Shown: in pieces, positions 57,247-64,000 of the stretch
Position numbering within the stretch: position 1 is the first letter of the stretch
Layout of the letters: each line of letters begins with the position of its first letter
NCBI GenBank assembly: GCA_965116475.1
Contig: OZ220691.1
Location: forward strand, 928,001 to 992,000
Reading direction: 5' to 3'
DNA: 64,000 nt
Source of the DNA: Gemmatimonadota bacterium
GTDB lineage: Bacteria; Gemmatimonadota; Gemmatimonadetes; Palauibacterales; Palauibacteraceae
The notes under the pieces: model-generated
What the model was told of the DNA's origin: nothing
What the model saw: the letters and a program-made list of their open reading frames with translations, nothing else
The model's database searches: none
Translations under genes and position numbers: made by a program

Positions 57247-58458
57247 ATGATCTTCTTCGAGATTCTCCGGGTCGCGATGGATGCGATCCGCGCGAACAAG
57301 CTGCGCTCGTTCCTGACCATGCTCGGGATCGTGATCGGGGTCGGGGCCGTGATCACGATGGTCGCGCTCGGGGAGGGCGCCCAGCAGCAGGTCGAGAACC
57401 AGATCGAGTCGCTCGGGACCAACGTGCTCACGGTGCGGCCCGGGCAGGGGATGTTCCGCGGCGTGCGCGGCGGATCGAACGCCCGGTTGACGACCGAGGA
57501 TGTCGAAGCGGTGCGGCGTGGGGCCCCGGCCCTGGTGGAAGTCGCCCCGGAGATGCAAGGGCAGTTGCAGGTCCAGTTCGGGCGCAACAACGCCAACGTG
57601 CGGATTCTCGGCACGACGCCGAATTACGTGGAGGTCGAGAACCACACGGTCCAGATCGGGCGCTTCTTCGACGAGTCGGAGAACCGCGGCCGGCGACGCG
57701 TCGCTGTGCTCGGGGGCGCGGTCCCGTCGGTCCTGAACACGGAGGCCGCCGAACTCGTCGGCCGGTCGATCTCCATCCGGAATATCTCGTTCGAAGTCGT
57801 GGGGGTGCTGGACGAGAAGGGCGGATCGGGCTGGTTCAACCAGGATGAGCAGATCTTCGTCCCGCTGGAGACGGCGCAGTTCCGGCTGCTCGGAACCGAC
57901 CGCGTGAGCCAGTTCAAGGTCGTCGTCGAGAGTGAGGCGGCGATCCCCGTCGCGATGGTGCAGATCGAAGACGTCCTGCGCCGCGAGCACCGCCTCCCGC
58001 TGGGACGGGAGAACGACTTCTGGATCTCGGACAGCGTGCAGTTCCTGGAGATGGCGCAGGAGACTACGCAGACGTTCACGATGCTGCTCGCCGGGATCGC
58101 CGCGGTCAGCCTCCTCGTCGGGGGCATCGGGATCATGAACATCATGCTGGTGTCGGTCACGGAGCGGACGAAGGAGATCGGCGTGCGCAAGGCGCTCGGC
58201 GCCACGAGGAGCGCGATCCTGCTCCAGTTTCTCCTGGAAGCCACGACCCTGTGCATGACGGGCGGCATCCTCGGCGTCGCGTTCGCGTACGGCGCGGCGG
58301 AGATGCTGTCGCGGTCGGCGGGCTGGACGATGGCCATCGCACCGGAGGCCATCGGCCTCGCCGTGGTGTTCGCCGCCGCGGTGGGCATGTTCTTCGGCCT
58401 CTGGCCCGCCCGGCGCGCGGCCCGGCTCGATCCGATCGTCGCGCTGCGGTACGAATAG
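57247..58458 (+). CDS. MacB-like ABC permease (no ATPase domain)
   Basis: NKLRSFLTMLGIVIGV, GGIGIMNIMLVSVTERTKEIG, DPIVALRYE. Confidence 0.92.
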   Translation: MIFFEILRVAMDAIRANKLRSFLTMLGIVIGVGAVITMVALGEGAQQQVENQIESLGTNVLTVRPGQGMFRGVRGGSNARLTTEDVEAVRRGAPALVEVAPEMQGQLQVQFGRNNANVRILGTTPNYVEVENHTVQIGRFFDESENRGRRRVAVLGGAVPSVLNTEAAELVGRSISIRNISFEVVGVLDEKGGSGWFNQDEQIFVPLETAQFRLLGTDRVSQFKVVVESEAAIPVAMVQIEDVLRREHRLPLGRENDFWISDSVQFLEMAQETTQTFTMLLAGIAAVSLLVGGIGIMNIMLVSVTERTKEIGVRKALGATRSAILLQFLLEATTLCMTGGILGVAFAYGAAEMLSRSAGWTMAIAPEAIGLAVVFAAAVGMFFGLWPARRAARLDPIVALRYE

Positions 58459-58542
58459 CCGGCCGCGGCAAAAACCCCCACGCCCGCCAGGCAGCACACG
58501 CGCGGGTTGGCGGGAGATGGCGGGCCGACGTATGGTCCCGGC

Positions 58543-59052
58543 ATGAGTGTTCCGCTGACATCCCTTCCGGATTCCGCCCGCGTCTGGATCTACGGGGCGG
58601 ATCGTCCGCTGACCCCCGAGGAGCGCGAGGCGCTGATGGTCGACCTGCGCGCCTTCGTCGATGTCTGGACCGCGCACGGGGCCGCGCTGCGGGCGGGCGT
58701 GGAATGGATCGAAGACCGGTTCGCGGTCGTCGCCGTCGACGAAGCGTCGGCGCCCGCGTCCGGGTGCTCGATCGACGCGATGGCCCGGCGGCTCGGGGCG
58801 CTCGAGGAACGCCTGGGTTGCTCGCTTCTCGACAGCACGCGCGTCTTCTACCGGGACCAGTCCGGCGCGATCGAAAGCTGCGCGCGGGCGGAGTTCCGGG
58901 CGCGGGCGACGACGGGAGCGGTCGGCGAGGCGACCCCCGTCTTCGATCCCACCATCGACACGCTGGCGGCGCTGCGGGCCGGCGAACTCGAGCGCCCGGT
59001 CGCCCGTTCGTGGCACCGCCAACTCCTGGGCCGCCCCGGCGGACGGTCCTGA
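58543..59052 (+). CDS. Conserved hypothetical protein with SGCSID motif
   Basis: LPDSARVWIY, W.AHG, ASGCSID, SWH; TATGGT-N6-ATG. Confidence 0.75.
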   Translation: MSVPLTSLPDSARVWIYGADRPLTPEEREALMVDLRAFVDVWTAHGAALRAGVEWIEDRFAVVAVDEASAPASGCSIDAMARRLGALEERLGCSLLDSTRVFYRDQSGAIESCARAEFRARATTGAVGEATPVFDPTIDTLAALRAGELERPVARSWHRQLLGRPGGRS

Positions 59053-59065
59053 CGCGGAGACCGGC

Positions 59066-60226
59066 GTGACGGGGGCCCCGGGGAGCGGCGCTTCCGGCGC
59101 CGCGCGGGGGAAGCTGGCCTTCGCCCTCTCGGGCGGCGGCGCGAGGGCCGCCTACCAGACCGGCGTGCTGAGCTTCATCGGCCGGCGGCTGCCCGGGCTT
59201 CGGGTCCCCCTCCTTACCGGCGTCTCGGCAGGCGCGATCAACGTGGGCTTTCTCGCCGCCTACGACGGAAACCTGCGCGACGCGACGCAGGCGCTGAAGC
59301 GCCGCTGGCTCTCGCTCACGACCGAGGAAGTGCTGCGCACCAACCCCGCTTCCCTGCTCAGGGTGGGCGTACGACTCGGGGGATCGCTTCTGGGCGGCGG
59401 AACCGGGCTGAGCCCCCGTTTCCGGAGCCTCGTCGACACGTCGCCGCTGCGGGAGTTCATCGAACGCGACGTCGACCGCGGAGAGATCGGGGCCCGGATT
59501 GCGGCGGGGAACCTCGAGGCGGTGGGTCTCACGGCGATGTCGTACCAGACGGGGCGCACGGTCCTCTTCGTACAGGGAGACCCACAGTCGGCGCCCCGGC
59601 CCGCGAGTTCACACTACCGGCTCGTGCGGACGGACCTTTCGGTGGACCACATCCTGGCCTCCGCATCGATCCCGCTCGTGTTCCCGGCCGTCAAGCTAGG
59701 TCAGCAGTACTACGGAGACGGGAGCTTCCGGACCGCCGCCCCGCTGGCGCCCGCGATTCACATGGGGGCGGACCGCATCTTCACGATCTCGGCCCGCTAC
59801 CGACGGTCCGAACTGGAGGCGCGGGCGCCGGACACGACCGGTTATCCGCCGCCGGCGAGGGTCCTGGGCCTGCTGCTGAACTCGGTCTTCCTCGACACGC
59901 TGGACTGGGATGCGGCCGCGCTGCGCCGGATCAATGTCCTCGTCGATAAGCTCCCCCCTGAAGTTTCCGCGCGGCAGGGTCTGCGCCACGTCGACCTGCT
60001 CATCCTGAGACCCTCCCGGGATATCGGGAAGCTGGCCCGCGACTTCGAGATCGAACTTCCGCCGGCGCTGAGGTTTCTCGTGCGAGGCCTGGGAACGCCG
60101 GACATCAAGACCGCCGACTTCGTGAGCTATCTCCTGTTCGAGAGCGAGTACATCCGGACGCTCGTGGAACTGGGAGCCTCCGATGCCGAAGCGAACTGGG
60201 ACCGCATCGAGGCGTTCCTCACCTGA
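59066..60226 (+). CDS. Patatin-like phospholipase
   Basis: LSGGGARAAYQ, GVSAG, ASASIP..FP, DG; GGAG then GTG 59066. Confidence 0.9.
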   Translation: MTGAPGSGASGAARGKLAFALSGGGARAAYQTGVLSFIGRRLPGLRVPLLTGVSAGAINVGFLAAYDGNLRDATQALKRRWLSLTTEEVLRTNPASLLRVGVRLGGSLLGGGTGLSPRFRSLVDTSPLREFIERDVDRGEIGARIAAGNLEAVGLTAMSYQTGRTVLFVQGDPQSAPRPASSHYRLVRTDLSVDHILASASIPLVFPAVKLGQQYYGDGSFRTAAPLAPAIHMGADRIFTISARYRRSELEARAPDTTGYPPPARVLGLLLNSVFLDTLDWDAAALRRINVLVDKLPPEVSARQGLRHVDLLILRPSRDIGKLARDFEIELPPALRFLVRGLGTPDIKTADFVSYLLFESEYIRTLVELGASDAEANWDRIEAFLT

Positions 60227-61344
60227 CTGCGCAACGGACGATCGTCCACTTCGCCGACCTCCACCTCGACTCCCCGTTCGCGTGGTGCGAGGCCACGGGC
60301 GACATCGCGCGGAAACGGCGCGAGGCGCTTCGCGACGCCCTGCTTGCGATCGTGGACCTCGTGCGCTCGACCGGCGCGGACGCGCTCTTTTGCGGAGGCG
60401 ACCTGTACGAGCACGATCGCGTCACGCTGGACACGGCGAACTTCCTGCGGCAGACGTTCGCCTCGCTCGATCCGGTGCCGGTGTACATCGCGCCCGGCAA
60501 CCACGACTGGTACGGACCGACGAGCGTCTACGCGACAGAGGGCTGGAGCGACAACGTCCACATCTTTCGCGATGCGGCGCTGCGGGCGGTCTCCCTCGCG
60601 CCCGGCATCACGCTGTGGGGCGCCGCGCACTGCGCGCCCGCCAACACGGACAACTTCCTCGGCGACGGCTTCCGGGTCTCCGGTGAGGGGGCGCACGTGG
60701 CGCTCTTTCACGGGGCGGAACGGTCGTGGCTCGCGGCACAGGGTGAAGGGAAGGAGCCGCACGCCCCCTTCGAGACGGCGGACATCCCGGACAGCGGACT
60801 GCATCACGCGTTCCTCGGCCACTACCACCGGCCGGCGGACGCGGCGCATCACACCTACCCGGGCAATCCCGACCCGCTGCAGTTCGGAGAGGAAGGGGAG
60901 CGCGGGCCCGTCGTGGCGACGGTCGACGCGGCGGGTGAGGTGACGCGCGAACGCCGCGTCGTGGCGGTCACACCGGTTCACGACCTGCGTCTCGACGTCA
61001 CGGGCCTCACAAGCCGGCAGCAGGTTCGGGACGCGCTGCGCGCGAAGGCGGAGAGCCTCGCGGGACTCGCGCGCCTCACGGTGTGCGGCGATCTGGAGCC
61101 GTCGCTCGACCTCCAGGAGGACACGATCCGCGAACAGCTGCTCGAAACGTTCGACGCCGTGCAGATCCGGAAATCCGAACTGCACCTCGCGTACGACCTC
61201 GAAGAGATCCGCGGGGAGCCCACGGTGCGGGGACGGTTCGTGGAGGATGTGCTGCGCGCGGAGTTGCCGGACGATGAGGAGCGCCGCGTCCTGCGGATGG
61301 GACTTCGGGCTCTCGACGGCCGCGACGATCTCGAGGTGCTGTAA
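60223..61344 (+). CDS. SbcD/Mre11-like metallophosphoesterase (YhaO-like)
   Basis: HFADLHLD, GGDL, PGNHD, FHG, LGHYH, YPGNP. Motif I lies upstream of the first GTG, so a CTG start at 60223 is proposed. Confidence 0.88.
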   Translation: MTAQRTIVHFADLHLDSPFAWCEATGDIARKRREALRDALLAIVDLVRSTGADALFCGGDLYEHDRVTLDTANFLRQTFASLDPVPVYIAPGNHDWYGPTSVYATEGWSDNVHIFRDAALRAVSLAPGITLWGAAHCAPANTDNFLGDGFRVSGEGAHVALFHGAERSWLAAQGEGKEPHAPFETADIPDSGLHHAFLGHYHRPADAAHHTYPGNPDPLQFGEEGERGPVVATVDAAGEVTRERRVVAVTPVHDLRLDVTGLTSRQQVRDALRAKAESLAGLARLTVCGDLEPSLDLQEDTIREQLLETFDAVQIRKSELHLAYDLEEIRGEPTVRGRFVEDVLRAELPDDEERRVLRMGLRALDGRDDLEVL

Positions 61345-64000
61345 TGCGCTTCGAGTCCGTGACGGCCCACCGCTTCGGTCCCTTCCGGGATGAGACGCTC
61401 GAACTGGCGCCGGGAATGAACGTCGTCTTCGGCCGCAATGAGGCGGGGAAATCGTCCTGGCACGCTGCGCTGTACGCCGGGCTGTGCGGCATGCGGCGCG
61501 GCAAAGGGGCGATGCGGAAGGAGGAGAAGGCGTTCGCGGCACGCCACAAGCCATGGGACGGCGACGAGTGGGAGATCGGTGCCATCGTCGCGCTCGAGGA
61601 CGGACGGAGCGTGGAGTTGCGGCACGACCTCGCGGGAAGGATCGAGAGTTCCGCGGAGGACACCGTCGCGGGACGGGATTACTCGCACCAGATCCTATTC
61701 GACGGGGCGCCGGACGGCTCGCGGTGGCTGGGTCTGAACCGCCGCTCGTTCCTCGCCACGGCCTGTGTGCGCCAGGCGGACATCCTCAAGGTCCGGGACG
61801 ATCCCGAATCGCTGCAGGAGGACATGCAGCGCGCGGCGGCGACGGCGGGCGTGGACCAAACGGCGGCGGCCGCGCTGCAACGGCTCGAGGAGGTTCTCCG
61901 GGAACGCGTCGGGTCGACGCGGGCTCCGACGAAGCCGCTCATGACGACCGCGCGGTGGGTGGCGGAGGCGCGCGAGACTCTGGAGGCAGCCCGCGAGGCG
62001 CACCGCGATTTCCAGGAGCGTCGAGCCGAAGTCGAAACGCTGGAGCGAGCGGCGAGGGACGCCCGACGCCGCGTGGAGGCGGCGGAGGCCGGGCTCGCGA
62101 GCGTGGAGGCGGAGGCGCGCGCGGAGCGGCTGCGGGAGGCGCGGGCGCTGCACGAGGAGTTCCCGGAGGGGGCGCCTCACCCGGCCCCCGAGGGCGGCGG
62201 GCTGACGCGAGCGGTCACCGAAGCGCTCACGACGTGGCGCAATCTCCCCGCTCCGGTGGAGCTGACGGGGCCCTCGGCGCGCGAGATCGAGGAGAGAATC
62301 GAGGCGACCGATGCGGAGCTTGCGGCCGCACGGGCGGTCGTCGCGGAGGCGGCTGCCGTGGAAGCCGAGGCGCGCCTCGCCAGTGCGCGCGAGCTGCAGG
62401 CGCTCTTCCCGGAGGGCGGCCCCCGGGTCTCCGCGGAGGAGGACGCGCGCACGGGGGAGATCCGCGACGCCCTCCGTGCCTGGGAGTCGCTTCCGGAGGT
62501 CGAGGCGCCGGCCGGCCGGAGCGTGGAGGAACTCGAGAAGGAACTGGCCGAACTCGACCGGAGGCGGCGGGCCCCCGCCACGCAACGTACGCCCATGCGA
62601 ACCACCGCTTGGCTCGCTGTTTCGGCGGTCGCGGCGGCCGGAGGCCTCGTGCTCGCGTTGCTGGCGCCCGACTCGCGCTCAACGGGACTAATCCTGTTCG
62701 TCGTCGGGGCGGGAGGCATCCTGTCGCACCGATTCGCGAGAACACGCGCCGACCGCTCGGAGATTTCGCTCGCCCTGGACGTGCGCCACGACAGCCTCGG
62801 GCGGGAACTCGCGTCGGCGCGCGCGGAACGGGAGCGGTACGAAGCCGGACTCCGGCATCGGCGCGAAGTGGTCGGGCGCATGCGCGAACTGGCCGATTCG
62901 GACGACGCGGAAGCGGCCGAATCCGAAACGATCGCCGAGTCGCTGCGCCGCCGGCTGGAGTCCCGGCAGGCCGGAAGAGAGAAGGCCGTGCAACTCGGCT
63001 CGCAGTGGGACGAGCTTCAAGGGCTGCTGGCCGGCTCATCTTTCGACACACTCGTCGCCGAGACGGATCGGCTGCGCGACGCGGCCGATGCCCTCTCCGC
63101 GGACGCGACCGAAAACGCGCTCTCGGACATGAGGGCCCAAGGCATCACGCACGGTGAGCTGAGCGAACTGGAACGGCGAACCGCAAACCGGCGCCGACAG
63201 TGGAGCGACGAGCGAGCCAAGCGTCTGGCGGCGGAGACGCGGCACGCACAGCGGTCGGAACGGGCTGCCGATGCCGCGAGCAAGCTGCGCGAAGCCGGCG
63301 CGCAGGTCGGGGTGACCGCCGAAAACCCCGAGGATCTGGCCGCCGCGCTGGAACAATGGCGCGCAGGCCGCGAGCGGGTGCTCGAGGAAGCCGGCGAACG
63401 CAGCAAATCCTGGGATCGCCTGCAGCAGTTGCTTGGCGAGCGGACGCTGGAGGAGTTCGCCGAGGACGTCGAGCGACGCCGTCTCCGGGCCGACCGACTC
63501 GTCGACCAACTCGGGGCGGACGTCTTCGACGAAGATCCGGCGGGGCGGCCGACCGAGGAGACGCTGGACGAGCTGAAGCGGGAGGCGGAGGCGGCGCGCG
63601 AGGAAATGCTGCGCGCGGGCGGCCAGCTCACCGAACGTGAGCACCACCTCCCCAGCGTCGCGGACGCGGAAGACGCGCTCGCGGCGGCCGAACGGGAACA
63701 GGCGAGGATCGCGCGGCTCAAGGACACGCTGGACTGCACGATCGGATTCCTCGAAGAGGCGCAGGAGCGGGTGCTGCGCGACATCGCGCCCATTCTGACG
63801 CAGACGGTGCTCGAGTGGCTGCCCGGGGTGACGGACGGCCGCTACGCCGGATGCCGAATCGACCCGGAAAACCTGCTCGTCCAGGTCCGGACGCCGGGGG
63901 GGCGCTGGCGTTCCGCCGAACTGCTCTCCCACGGCACGGCGGAGCAGATCTACCTGCTGCTCAGATTCGCGCTCTCACGGCATCTCACGCGCGAAGGCGA
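61344..64000 (+). CDS. SbcC/Rad50-like coiled-coil ATPase, YhaN-like (partial, runs off the window)
   Basis: TAATG overlap; MRFESV..FGPF, Walker A GRNEAGKSS, long coiled coils, two TM segments, signature LSHGTAEQIYLLLR in the same frame. Confidence 0.88.
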   Translation, partial: MRFESVTAHRFGPFRDETLELAPGMNVVFGRNEAGKSSWHAALYAGLCGMRRGKGAMRKEEKAFAARHKPWDGDEWEIGAIVALEDGRSVELRHDLAGRIESSAEDTVAGRDYSHQILFDGAPDGSRWLGLNRRSFLATACVRQADILKVRDDPESLQEDMQRAAATAGVDQTAAAALQRLEEVLRERVGSTRAPTKPLMTTARWVAEARETLEAAREAHRDFQERRAEVETLERAARDARRRVEAAEAGLASVEAEARAERLREARALHEEFPEGAPHPAPEGGGLTRAVTEALTTWRNLPAPVELTGPSAREIEERIEATDAELAAARAVVAEAAAVEAEARLASARELQALFPEGGPRVSAEEDARTGEIRDALRAWESLPEVEAPAGRSVEELEKELAELDRRRRAPATQRTPMRTTAWLAVSAVAAAGGLVLALLAPDSRSTGLILFVVGAGGILSHRFARTRADRSEISLALDVRHDSLGRELASARAERERYEAGLRHRREVVGRMRELADSDDAEAAESETIAESLRRRLESRQAGREKAVQLGSQWDELQGLLAGSSFDTLVAETDRLRDAADALSADATENALSDMRAQGITHGELSELERRTANRRRQWSDERAKRLAAETRHAQRSERAADAASKLREAGAQVGVTAENPEDLAAALEQWRAGRERVLEEAGERSKSWDRLQQLLGERTLEEFAEDVERRRLRADRLVDQLGADVFDEDPAGRPTEETLDELKREAEAAREEMLRAGGQLTEREHHLPSVADAEDALAAAEREQARIARLKDTLDCTIGFLEEAQERVLRDIAPILTQTVLEWLPGVTDGRYAGCRIDPENLLVQVRTPGGRWRSAELLSHGTAEQIYLLLRFALSRHLTREG

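Noticed and set aside
59066-60226. Patatin as a CBASS CapV effector
   Set aside because: No CD-NTase or cap genes in the window

Overview
High-GC bacterial chromosomal segment with about 55 genes. The gene set suggests Gemmatimonadota, possibly a host- or sponge-associated lineage; that is inference only. Core blocks: surA(3' end)-pdxA-ftsE-ftsX-envC-holB-moaC-UDP-HexNAc dehydrogenase; mltD-like; guaB; UDP-GlcNAc epimerase plus Sfp-type PPTase; glnA convergent with a large NAD-GDH; moeA; fabH-like; etfBA-xdhC; two ECF sigma/anti-sigma loci; a TolC-MFP-MacB-permease set with no ATPase; and patatin-SbcD(Mre11)-YhaN/SbcC-like ATPase running off the end. An accessory-looking middle region (about 19.8-42 kb) holds an FGE/CLec-fold protein, a triple-repeat lipoprotein, an imuB / stand-alone ImuB-C / dnaE2 cassette without imuA, a HicA-like toxin-antitoxin-like pair, beta-propeller and FG-GAP surface proteins, an S9 peptidase and a Tat-signal PLP C-S lyase. 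Items the ORF track misses: a CxxU selenoprotein (SelW/Rdx) with an in-frame UGA and a SECIS-like hairpin; two genes apparently starting at CTG inside CTGA overlaps; many apparently leaderless genes; a candidate SOS operator; paired ECF promoters; and a two-state RNA structure over a ribosome-binding site. I saw no rRNA, tRNA, CRISPR array, transposase or integrase. All family assignments come from motif recognition by eye, not database searches.
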